This document shows, in pieces, positions 1 to 8,685 of a stretch of 32,000 bases of DNA. The position numbers and the translations under genes were made by a program. Location of the stretch: assembly GCF_014297275.1 (NCBI RefSeq), contig NZ_JACOQK010000001.1, positions 1,033,603 to 1,065,602 on the forward strand, in the 5' to 3' direction. The notes under the pieces were generated by a model. That model worked only from the letters and a program-made list of their open reading frames with translations. It did no database searches and had not been told where the DNA came from. Origin of the DNA: Clostridium facile. Lineage in GTDB: Bacteria > Bacillota > Clostridia > Oscillospirales > Ruminococcaceae. Numbering within the stretch: the stretch's first letter is position 1; each line of letters begins with the position of its first letter.

Positions 1-443
1 AAACGCGCTGCCGCAATCCCTTCCGCCTGTCGTTGGCGGATATTGCTCCGCTCAGTATGCGCCACATAACATAGGATCTGCAGCACCAAATCCGCAACAA
101 AGGTACCCATTACATCATCATTTTTTTGCCGGGTGTCCAATAAAGGCATATCCAACACCACAATATTGGCGTGTTTTTCTTTTGTAATAATTCGCCATTG
201 GTTCTGGATTTCCTCATAATCCCTGCCCAGCCTATCAATGGATTTGACAACAATCACATCATTCTTTTTAATGCGACGCATCAGTTTTTGGTATTGGGGG
301 CGGTTGAAATCCTTTCCACTGAATTTATCCAGGTAGATGTTCTTTTTTTCTACCGGAAATTCCCGCATGGCAATCAATTGCCTGTCTTCGTTTTGCTCTT
401 TGGTTGAAACACGGATGTAACCATAAATCTTTTGTTGTTGCAT
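1..443 (-). CDS. Serine site-specific recombinase / resolvase-invertase family, partial at left window edge
   Basis: Hand translation of the minus strand from 443: MQQQKIYGYIRVSTKEQNEDRQLIAMREFPVEKKNIYLDKFSGKDFNRPQYQKLMRRIKKNDVIVVKSIDRLGRDYEEIQNQWRII...; YIRVS(T)..Q and SIDRLGR motifs typical of resolvases; open to the window edge. Not in the supplied ORF track. GGAGG upstream. Confidence 0.9.
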   Translation of the reverse strand, partial: MQQQKIYGYIRVSTKEQNEDRQLIAMREFPVEKKNIYLDKFSGKDFNRPQYQKLMRRIKKNDVIVVKSIDRLGRDYEEIQNQWRIITKEKHANIVVLDMPLLDTRQKNDDVMGTFVADLVLQILCYVAHTERSNIRQRQAEGIAAAR

Positions 444-856
444 TTTTCATAAATGCCTCCTTTTCGTGTAATAACAATATTGTAAACCAAAATAGCAAAA
501 AAATTTTTGTAGGCAGCTACTTTTTTCCACATATTACGACAATATTTTCATTTCAATCGTTAAAATTAACATTTTCTAACAGTTACAGTTGTCTTTCTCC
601 CATAAATCGAGCAATATTTTCAAAAGCAGGAACCATATCTTTTAGCTGCCCGATATTAAGGAAACCATGAATTCGTGTATATAAACGCGGTAAATGAATG
701 AGCTGTTATCGGCAATATGAAACAATTAAAACCCACAAAAAGGAATATATAACATGATAAAACAGTAATCTTCTATCATCAAGTATTTTTCTAAGCAAAA
801 GGTTTCTTTTATCCATCATGGAATCAGTAGAGTATTCCGGTAATATAGTACAAAAA

Positions 857-885
857 ACTCCCAGCCATTTCACCTGGCTGGGAGT
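857..885 (-). terminator. Intrinsic terminator downstream of the DtxR-like gene
   Basis: 11-bp perfect stem ACTCCCAGCCA / TGGCTGGGAGT, 7-nt loop, followed on the minus strand by a T-run (T-rich on the plus side too). Confidence 0.85.
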
Positions 886-905
886 CCCCTTTTTTATCCT
901 ATTTT

Positions 906-1292
906 TTACAGCACGCCCTGTGCGCGGCAACTCTCTACTAATAGTTTGATTTTATCAAAACTTTCCTGGCTGATCACATGTTCCATCCGGCAAGCGTCCT
1001 GATCCGCGACTTCTTTACTCACTCCAAGGCTAAACTGCAAATACGTCGAAATGGTAGTATGTCGCTCGTAAACCTGACGAGCTTTTTCCCTGCCTTCCTC
1101 TGTCAACAGGATATGCCCATGACCATCCACCACAATATAGCCCGCTTTTTTTAGAATTCCCATAGCTCGACTTACACTGGGTTTCGCGAACCCCAATTCT
1201 GTGGCAATATCGACCGATCTTACAATTCCATTCCGTTGTTCCAATACCAAAATTGTTTCCAGGTAATTTTCACCTGATTCCTGTATTTTCAT
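906..1292 (-). CDS. DtxR/MntR-family metal-dependent transcriptional regulator (winged HTH)
   Basis: 128 aa: MKIQESGENYLETILVLEQRNGIVRSVDIATELGFAKPSVSRAMGILKKAGYIVVDGHGHILLTEEGREKA...H(V)ISQESFDKI; characteristic DtxR/MntR N-terminal pattern. Confidence 0.85.
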   Translation of the reverse strand: MKIQESGENYLETILVLEQRNGIVRSVDIATELGFAKPSVSRAMGILKKAGYIVVDGHGHILLTEEGREKARQVYERHTTISTYLQFSLGVSKEVADQDACRMEHVISQESFDKIKLLVESCRAQGVL

Positions 1293-1315
1293 TGCCGCCC
1301 TCCTTCAACGGTATA

Positions 1316-1552
1316 TTAACGAATATAAAATATATAACAGATTACCGCAATCGCAAATATGGCAGTAATTGGCAGAGAAATTTTTAATATCCGCATTGGA
1401 ATAAAAAAGATATTTTGCACGTCTTCCACCAGGCTTTCCCGATGGTCTTTTAGCAGTTTGCTAATCCAGATTAGGGAAAATACACAACATACAAATGAGA
1501 TTAACGAAATAACCGCTAAAATAAGGCCTACTGTGCTTCCTACAATTCCCAT
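1316..1552 (-). CDS. Small two-TM hypothetical membrane protein
   Basis: 78 aa with two hydrophobic segments flanking a charged loop; same strand just upstream of the DtxR-like gene. Confidence 0.5.
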   Translation of the reverse strand: MGIVGSTVGLILAVISLISFVCCVFSLIWISKLLKDHRESLVEDVQNIFFIPMRILKISLPITAIFAIAVICYIFYIR

Positions 1553-1712
1553 AAATGATTTCCTTTCTGCGATAAAATAGTGTCATAGTAAGTCTATGCT
1601 AACAAAATGCTGATATAACAATTTTATTATATCATACATCTTTTGAATAAACAAACAAATTTGTATAAATTTAATGAAAACCCAATATACTGGAACAAGA
1701 GGTGAGGCTGGC

Positions 1713-2612
1713 ATGAAACGAATCATCTGCAACTGGAAAAAAATTTTATGCGGTTTGCTTGTTGTGGTTTTGGCTATAGCCCTACTGTTGGGTTGGGGCC
1801 GTACAAAAACAATTCCCACAGAGGCGGAAGTTCAATCCTCAACAACGGAGGAAGAAGGGGTTTTTGTTCCCATCCTAATGTACCACAGCATCTTAAAGGA
1901 CACCAGTAAATCAGGGAAATACACCGTTACCCCTACTACCATTGAAAACGATTTGCTTTACCTGAAGGAACATGGATACACTACCATTGTTATGGCTGAT
2001 TTAATCCATTATGTATATGACGATGTACCATTGCCAAAAAAACCGGTTATGATTACCCTGGATGATGGCTATTACAACAACTATACCTATCTGTTCCCAC
2101 TGCTCCAAGAGCATCAAATGAAAGCGGTAATTTCTATTGTAGGGAGCTATAGCCAAAAATTCAGTGAAATTGATGAACCCAATCCTGCTTACGCTTACCT
2201 GACCTGGAATGATATTTTGGAGATGTCCCAATCTGGTTTAGTAGAATTCCAAAACCACAGCTATGATATGCACCACCAGGGAAATGGAAGAAAAGGGACA
2301 AAACGGAAATGGGGGGAATCGGATGAGGAGTACCGGAAAAATTTTGAGAATGACCTCCAAAAAACTCAGGATTTACTCCGCCAGTATACCGGAAGTTATC
2401 CAACTACCTTCACTTATCCCTATGGAGCCTCCAGTAAAGGGTCGATTGATTTGATCAAGGAAATGGGGTTCCTGGCTTCCCTCTCCTGCTATGAACATGA
2501 AAACATCATTACCAAAGATCCCGAGTGTTTGTATTTCCTTAATCGGTATAATCGTCCCAGCGGAATCTCCACAGAGGAGTTTATGAAAAAAGCCGGAATT
2601 GCTGAAGGATAG
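1713..2612 (+). CDS. Secreted or membrane-anchored polysaccharide deacetylase (NodB-like, CE4)
   Basis: MKRIICNWKKILCGLLVVVLAIALLLGW signal/TM; MLVPILMYHSI-type region, PVMITLDDGYYNNYTYLFPLL, TYPYGASS motifs. ORF track starts at 1674; the ATG at 1713 has a better RBS (GAGGTGAGG). Confidence 0.88.
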   Translation: MKRIICNWKKILCGLLVVVLAIALLLGWGRTKTIPTEAEVQSSTTEEEGVFVPILMYHSILKDTSKSGKYTVTPTTIENDLLYLKEHGYTTIVMADLIHYVYDDVPLPKKPVMITLDDGYYNNYTYLFPLLQEHQMKAVISIVGSYSQKFSEIDEPNPAYAYLTWNDILEMSQSGLVEFQNHSYDMHHQGNGRKGTKRKWGESDEEYRKNFENDLQKTQDLLRQYTGSYPTTFTYPYGASSKGSIDLIKEMGFLASLSCYEHENIITKDPECLYFLNRYNRPSGISTEEFMKKAGIAEG

Positions 2613-2688
2613 TTTTACACTATCTGACGTAAATGGTAAACAGCCTATTCCCGTGGATTAGAAATAGCTGCTAAGAGCATGGTACAAA

Positions 2689-2726
2689 AAAGGAACCCCA
2701 ATTTCGTGAAAAATTGGGGTTCCTTT
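2689..2726. terminator. Bidirectional intrinsic terminator between convergent genes
   Basis: 16-bp perfect inverted repeat AAAGGAACCCCAATTT / AAATTGGGGTTCCTTT, 6-nt loop. Confidence 0.85.
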
Positions 2727-2793
2727 AACATTCTATATCTGGTTAAAAAACCAGACTTTTCTTATATTAAGAGAAAAAGAAGTTTATTATTTA

Positions 2794-5700
2794 TTATTTT
2801 TTCTTACGGGTGAACAACAGAGCTGCTCCTGCTAATGTAATTGCTGCTAATCCTGCAATTGGAGCAAAATCGCCTGTTTTCGCCGCGTTTGCTTTTGGTG
2901 TGGTAGATTCCTCTCCAGTTTGAGTAGCTGTATCATCAGTGGACGGTGTTGTTTCTTCTGGAACACTTCCATCTACTGTTACTAATTGATCCATTGCAGC
3001 TTGTACGTTTGTTACTGCTGCATCTACTTCCTCTTGAGTTGCGTTTTCATCTGCCATTACGTCATTTGCTTCTGCTACTGCTGCTGTCAATACTGCGTAG
3101 CTTTCTGCTGTATACGCAGATGCGTCTTTACCATTCGCTTCTGCCAATACAGATTCTAAGATAGATTTATCTGCTTTATATCTCAGATTCAGCATTGCGT
3201 TCAACAGGTTAGTTTCTGCTGTTTCGATTTCTGCCTGCATTGCGTTGTCTTTGTCTGCAAGGATTGCCTGTGCTGCTGCCAATGCTTCTTTAAATTCTGC
3301 TTGGCCTGCTTCTACATAGTCATTCATGTCATAACCTTCTGCCAATGCTACTAGAGTTTCTAAGGAAGTGATATCCCCTTTCACAAAGCCTAGTTTATGG
3401 ATTTCGGTCATCAATGTTTTCCATGCCGCGTCTACTTCTTCCTGAGTTGCTGCTGGATCTGCTGCAACTGCTTTGGCTGCATCCAATGCTGCATTGAAAG
3501 TTTTCTGCACATCCGCAATGATATTATTGAATTCATCAGATGCTTTTTGTTGTTCTGCATAGTCAATAACAGTGTTTAAAATATCTTTATCCGCTACTTC
3601 GTATTCAGAATCTACGAAAGGAACGATTACTGCCTGGCTTGGCCCATATGGCAAGTATTTTGTCTGTCTCATTTCACCAAACCAATTATTTCTGCTATTT
3701 CCACCAGGTTTAATTGCGCCACGGGAAAGTTGAACATTTCCTAATGGAGAACTATATTCAATATGGATCGTATTTTCACCGTCTACCAGGTATTCACTGA
3801 TATCCGCTACTGGGTCTGTAGAACTGATACCACCTGTGTATTGTTCTGTTCCTTCATATCCTTCAATTACAGATTGTGGAACTTTGGTTGGGTTCGTACT
3901 TACATCTCCGCCAACTTTCTGTCCATTAATCCATACTTTCATGCTGGAATAGAATTCATCGCCAAAGTCGATATATGCACCATCAGCGGAGCTGCTATCC
4001 CAATTAAATTTCGCATCATAATACCCAATACCGGATACGCTTTCTCCTACTTCAGGAATATTATTCCATGTAGTCAGTTCATCCAGTTTTACATTGATAT
4101 CTGTCTTGTCAGTATCAACTTTAGTATTTACAGTATGTACATCACCAATCGTTTCTTCACTGCGGAGTACATTTTCCGATGGTGTCCAAGATTCTACTGT
4201 TACATCCCAGTTAGTAATTGGGTAGGATTCTGGTACGTTGATTTCTTCTGTTACTGTTCTGCCACTACTCAATTTCGTTGTATAAGTACCACTTTGAGTT
4301 GCTCGTACTGCTACACCATTTTCTGTTCCATATGCCATATCTGCGTTGGTTGAAGTTGCGTGGAATGATTCCTCGGTTACTGGTTCAAACGCATATAGAG
4401 CGATATCATCATAATCCAAATCGATTGGGAATACAGTCTGACCATCTTCATAATAGTAATTACCAATTTCAGTTACTTCACCTGTCCAGGAATCGATGGT
4501 ATATGGGATATACATGCCATCCATCCGGATTTCTGTCTTGATGTTGGTTCCATGGTCTTCTGTTTTTACTTCATCAATAAAGCTGTTTTCATGGTAATCG
4601 TTGGAGCAGTAATTATAAGCATACAAATAACGGCTACCATCTTCTGCTTCACGGGTTTGGGTCAATAACTGATGGTTTGCCCCATTAAATTCAGCGTATG
4701 GACGGATGCCCATTTCCTGCATTGCATCGTACAGACCATCGTCATAGCCTTCCGCTACTTTGTCAAAGTAATCAAAGTCTTCAGAAGCATCGTAAATTTC
4801 TACATCTTTTACATTTGGCAGGGCTCTCATCTGTTCCATAATGGAAGCCAATTCTTCGTCCTTGCCATCGTTAAAGGTAGTGCGTTCCGCAGCCCCTTCC
4901 ATAATAAAGACTGGCAGGCCTTTTTGTGCCCATTCATAGATCAATTTCGCGCCATCAATATCCAGCCAATCCTGATAGAGTACCAGTGCTTTATAGCCTG
5001 CTGGTTCTATTGTCTTGGTATCTTCATCAAAGTAAACGCCGTCCGCTTTGAGCATATCAGGGCTAAAGTAATCATAGGTATAGCCGTTATCTTGCAGTTC
5101 AGTAGAACGATAGTAAACACCCTGATGAGCCAACATATACTGCATACCAGTGAGGCCATCTCCAGATTCTCCACCAAATCTTACACCTTGGTTCCAGTTG
5201 TTGTGGATAAAGCCAACATCGGTTCTGGAATTACCGGTTTGTAACATCTGCTGGATACGTCCCAGATGTGCGTTCATTTCGTCAAAGTCCTTATAGGAAG
5301 GTTCACGGGTTCCCCAACGGTCAAAACCAGAGCCCCAGCCTGGCCATGCAGCGTTTTCACCATAGCTATAGCCTGCGCTCCAAATATGCCAGATTAACTG
5401 TTGGAAACCGGAAGCATACATGGTATAAGCATCTTCCAAGCGAAGTTGTTGTGGAGTATAATAGGTATTTAATTCAGTTCCTGTTTCACTGGAAAGAACT
5501 TTATCCAACAGATGGTTGCCAGCACTATGTAATCTTAAAATATCAACCTGGTTGTATTGGTTCAAACTCTCTGCTTCTGGATAATCTACATACATTGCTG
5601 GTTCTGTGATTTCAAATGACCGACCATAGGAAATCTGGGCACGTGTTTCAATTCCTACAGAATTTAACCATTCTTTTAATGGTTGTAGCATATTTTCACA

Positions 5701-6849
5701 ATACAATTGTGTCAATACATCTACCCAGTCGTTGATAATTTTTTCCCGGTCATTTTTATCATTATACAGGTCATGGGTACCTTCCGCAGGTTGAGTATAT
5801 GGATCATATACAGCCTGTACCTGTGGCAAGCCATCTACTAAGAACAGGTATGGCATGATATCATAGCCTTTACGGTTGATAAATTCTTGCCGGATATCTT
5901 CTGTCCACCAGGTAATACCACCGTCAGGATTCAACTCAATGGAGTCCATAAACAGCTGTACATCGCCCTCTTTGATCTTCTCGTTCAATTCTGGGTCATT
6001 CAGATAATGCTCTTCCCAGAACGAACGTAAAGCGTCAACCCCTCTGGTATCAAAGTAGTTGGTCGCGTAGCAAGTTTCCGCCGCTGGGGAAGCTGTTTTG
6101 TAGTTCCCATGGGTCCAGTATCCAAATACCACATAATCAGAATCTGCTGGAGCTGTCCAGTTGATTGCCTGGTCATAAACAGTTGCGCCTTCTACTGCTG
6201 TCACCTGATTACTTAAGTCAATCATAGAACCTGGTTCTACAACATAGCTTTCTCCATCCGTACTAGCAAGTTTCCCTGCATATGCGGCAACAAATTTCCC
6301 TTTGTTGCTTTCCCTCTGGGTAGATGGTTTTGGCAATGCGGTAATGCTTTCCCCTGCTTTGACTACCTGGGACCCCATTGCCACAACTTGGCTTGCTTCC
6401 TGGCTATCTGGATCCAACCCTGGTACGTTTGAGGTTGACCAGTTGGTACCAGATGTTAAGCTCAATGTCATGCCCAGATCCAGGATTTTGTTCATCATCA
6501 GTTTCCACTTGTGGGACCACATCTCGGAACCATATGCGTAGGTGTCATCCGGTGCGTTTCTATCCGACTGCATACATAGCTCTACGCCACGGAACCCTGC
6601 GTCATACAATGCCTGGATTTCTTCCAGCAGCGTTTCATCTGTATTGGATGCTTCCCCGATCCACCAGCGCACCTCTGTACTGTACACCCTATCTGGATCG
6701 GTATACTGGGATTCCAGTTTGCTGGCAAAATCCGCTGTGCCAGCAACATTGCCGCCAATCGCACTAACAGCAGATGCCGCTACTGTAGAAAGCATGGTAG
6801 CAGCCAGCAATACGCCAAGGGCTTTTTTTGCTTTGTTTTTTAACTTCAT
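2794..6849 (-). CDS. Large extracellular GH106-like (alpha-L-rhamnosidase-type) glycoside hydrolase with C-terminal FIVAR-type helical repeats and a sortase-like anchor
   Basis: 1351 aa: signal peptide MKLKNKAKKALGVLLAATMLSTVAASAVSA; VRWWIGEASNTDETLLEEIQALYDAGFRGVELC and WSHKW..MMNKILDLGMTLSLTSGTNW; two tandem ~70-aa helical repeats with DENATQEEVDAAVTNVQAAMDQL; C-terminus ANAAKTGDFAPIAGLAAITLAGAALLFTRKKK. Confidence 0.8.
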   Translation of the reverse strand: MKLKNKAKKALGVLLAATMLSTVAASAVSAIGGNVAGTADFASKLESQYTDPDRVYSTEVRWWIGEASNTDETLLEEIQALYDAGFRGVELCMQSDRNAPDDTYAYGSEMWSHKWKLMMNKILDLGMTLSLTSGTNWSTSNVPGLDPDSQEASQVVAMGSQVVKAGESITALPKPSTQRESNKGKFVAAYAGKLASTDGESYVVEPGSMIDLSNQVTAVEGATVYDQAINWTAPADSDYVVFGYWTHGNYKTASPAAETCYATNYFDTRGVDALRSFWEEHYLNDPELNEKIKEGDVQLFMDSIELNPDGGITWWTEDIRQEFINRKGYDIMPYLFLVDGLPQVQAVYDPYTQPAEGTHDLYNDKNDREKIINDWVDVLTQLYCENMLQPLKEWLNSVGIETRAQISYGRSFEITEPAMYVDYPEAESLNQYNQVDILRLHSAGNHLLDKVLSSETGTELNTYYTPQQLRLEDAYTMYASGFQQLIWHIWSAGYSYGENAAWPGWGSGFDRWGTREPSYKDFDEMNAHLGRIQQMLQTGNSRTDVGFIHNNWNQGVRFGGESGDGLTGMQYMLAHQGVYYRSTELQDNGYTYDYFSPDMLKADGVYFDEDTKTIEPAGYKALVLYQDWLDIDGAKLIYEWAQKGLPVFIMEGAAERTTFNDGKDEELASIMEQMRALPNVKDVEIYDASEDFDYFDKVAEGYDDGLYDAMQEMGIRPYAEFNGANHQLLTQTREAEDGSRYLYAYNYCSNDYHENSFIDEVKTEDHGTNIKTEIRMDGMYIPYTIDSWTGEVTEIGNYYYEDGQTVFPIDLDYDDIALYAFEPVTEESFHATSTNADMAYGTENGVAVRATQSGTYTTKLSSGRTVTEEINVPESYPITNWDVTVESWTPSENVLRSEETIGDVHTVNTKVDTDKTDINVKLDELTTWNNIPEVGESVSGIGYYDAKFNWDSSSADGAYIDFGDEFYSSMKVWINGQKVGGDVSTNPTKVPQSVIEGYEGTEQYTGGISSTDPVADISEYLVDGENTIHIEYSSPLGNVQLSRGAIKPGGNSRNNWFGEMRQTKYLPYGPSQAVIVPFVDSEYEVADKDILNTVIDYAEQQKASDEFNNIIADVQKTFNAALDAAKAVAADPAATQEEVDAAWKTLMTEIHKLGFVKGDITSLETLVALAEGYDMNDYVEAGQAEFKEALAAAQAILADKDNAMQAEIETAETNLLNAMLNLRYKADKSILESVLAEANGKDASAYTAESYAVLTAAVAEANDVMADENATQEEVDAAVTNVQAAMDQLVTVDGSVPEETTPSTDDTATQTGEESTTPKANAAKTGDFAPIAGLAAITLAGAALLFTRKKK

Positions 6850-7359
6850 CGTTTTTCCTCCTTTAGAAATGGATAGTTTGTAAAGAGGACAAAATCAGGA
6901 TAGCCTACATGATGGTTTTCTATCAAAAATTTATTTTAAATTTTTGCAATTAATTAAACCAAACATGCCGCCCAAAAAACAGCCGTAAAATAAGATGCTC
7001 CCTAAACTAAATGTTTCCATCAGTTTTCTATGGTAAAACATCCTTTTACACCACTGTAAATGTGGCAATCACTTTATTTTCCGCTTTACAAGATAGATGA
7101 TTAATCTGTTATATTATTAAAACATAACAGAAATCGCTTACAAAATATATAAAATATATTTTGTATCTGCGATTAATATTATAATATTTATCTATTTTTA
7201 TCACAATGGGCATTCATGAACTAAAAAGTGGTAATTTTTTGTACTTTCTGGTATAAAATCTAACACTCTATCAAGTAAAAACAACCCGGGAATCCAGGAC
7301 GGATTCTCCGAGTTGTTCCTCAATGGAAAAGAAAAATTTGTTTGTTATCTTAAAGATTA

Positions 7360-7460
7360 TCTCTTTTGAGGGAGCTGCACCTGCTAAGGCGATTGCCGAT
7401 AACCTCCCAATTGGAACAACACCGCCTGTTTTCGCTGCGTTCGCTTGGGCAGTTATCGTT
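7360..7460 (-). pseudogene. Decayed 3' remnant of a sortase-anchored surface protein gene
   Basis: Minus-strand translation TAQANAAKTGGVVPIGRLSAIALAGAAPSKEII resembles ANAAKTGDFAPIAGLAAITLAGAALLFTRKKK at the end of the 2794..6849 product; an in-frame stop lies shortly upstream and no intact ORF is present. Confidence 0.6.
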
Positions 7461-7540
7461 TTCTGACCTGTTTAGGTAACATTTTCTTCCATTTGTTTTT
7501 TAGATGGGATTTTTGTTATAGGTATTATAGTATATTTCTT

Positions 7541-8275
7541 TCAAATAAAATAATTTTTGTTTTTTAACTGCTGGTTTTTCAGTAAAAGGGTAAGGGTTCC
7601 ATTGGTTTCCAAGGAACCCAACAACACATCTTCCGTACGATGTTTCTGTTGTTTTAGCTGTTTGTTTAGCCAGGCCAGATCATAGCCAGTTTGTTCCAAA
7701 TTGCGCTCCATTACCTTCCCATCAACAATTACGTTAGTACAGAGATGTTCCTGAGGCAGCGCCATCCCTAAATCTTCTGGCTGGACAGGACGTTTCCCCG
7801 TCTTTGGCAGAATGCTGACACTTCCGTCGATTTCCATAATCCCATACTCAATATCACTGATATTAAAATACCCATTTTTCCGACATTCACACAGTAAATC
7901 ATTGATATCATAATGGCAGTCTTTCATAGATTTTTCAATAATGGAGCCTTTATAAATCAGAATCGTAGGGGTACCGGAAAAAAAACGGCGCAGCTTGATG
8001 CTTTTCATCGTAATAATCGAAATCGATACTGTCAGGATCGCGTACAATGCCATTGCAACTAGACAGGCATAAATTGGAATGGTATCATCAATGGTTAACG
8101 TAGCCGCAATAGATCCAATCGTGATACCTACAATATAATCGTAAAAGGTGAGCTGGGAGATTTGCCGCACCCCAATTAAGCGAGAGAGCAAAAATAAAAA
8201 TACAAAGGAAAGGAGCGTCCGAAACACAATGGAAAGGAGATTTATCAAAACTTCATTCACGTTACAACACCTCAT
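7541..8275 (-). CDS. DUF421 / YetF-like membrane protein
   Basis: 244 aa: FLLSRLIGVRQISQLTFYDYIVGITIGSIAATLTID...GTPTILIYKGSIIEKSMKDCHYDINDLLCECRKNGYFNISDIEYGIMEIDGSVSILPK, the typical DUF421 pattern. Confidence 0.88.
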   Translation of the reverse strand: MRCCNVNEVLINLLSIVFRTLLSFVFLFLLSRLIGVRQISQLTFYDYIVGITIGSIAATLTIDDTIPIYACLVAMALYAILTVSISIITMKSIKLRRFFSGTPTILIYKGSIIEKSMKDCHYDINDLLCECRKNGYFNISDIEYGIMEIDGSVSILPKTGKRPVQPEDLGMALPQEHLCTNVIVDGKVMERNLEQTGYDLAWLNKQLKQQKHRTEDVLLGSLETNGTLTLLLKNQQLKNKNYFI

Positions 8276-8355
8276 CCATAGTGTTGCAGTATTTGGGGAA
8301 AATATGCAAAAAACAGGACAACTTCTAAAGGATGTCCTGTTTTTACACGAAAATA

Positions 8356-8679
8356 TCAGAAAAAGTATTCCAAAGATTCCAGCCAGTCTTTCAAACTGAC
8401 GCCCTCAATACTGACTATACGAACATTTTGCCATCTTTCTTGAAGGGATTTCCCCTGAAATATTCTGGCAGTTACAAGCTCCTGGGCAGTTGGAAATTCT
8501 GCTCCGTTAGGAATATCACAATATCCCACCCAATACGGTTTTTCGCATTGGGGCATATAGCCCAAAAAATGTTCTTCTTCCCGCTCATCATCCGCAAAGT
8601 AAAAGCAGGTTTCGTTGATCCGTTTTCCCGCTTCCAACTGATGATAGAAAAAATCGTAATTTAAGCTAGCTATTTCCAT
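8356..8679 (-). CDS. Hypothetical protein, 107 aa
   Basis: MEIASLNYDFFYHQLEAGKRINETCFYFADDEREEEHFLGYMPQCEKPYWVGYCDIPNGAEFPTAQELV...; 6 bp downstream of the sulfatase gene, likely cotranscribed. Confidence 0.65.
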   Translation of the reverse strand: MEIASLNYDFFYHQLEAGKRINETCFYFADDEREEEHFLGYMPQCEKPYWVGYCDIPNGAEFPTAQELVTARIFQGKSLQERWQNVRIVSIEGVSLKDWLESLEYFF

Positions 8680-8685
8680 GATGGA

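Noticed and set aside
171-670. ORFs 171..407 and 404..670 on the plus strand
   Set aside because: The first is antisense to the serine recombinase; the second mostly covers noncoding sequence and has no recognisable domain.
706-930. 74-aa minus-strand ORF 706..930
   Set aside because: It runs through the intrinsic terminator at 857..885 and resembles no family; likely spurious.
3397-6883. Numerous plus-strand ORFs antisense to the GH106-like gene (for example 3763..4353, 4672..5244, 6378..6767)
   Set aside because: Low-complexity antisense products of a long, well-supported coding frame on the minus strand.
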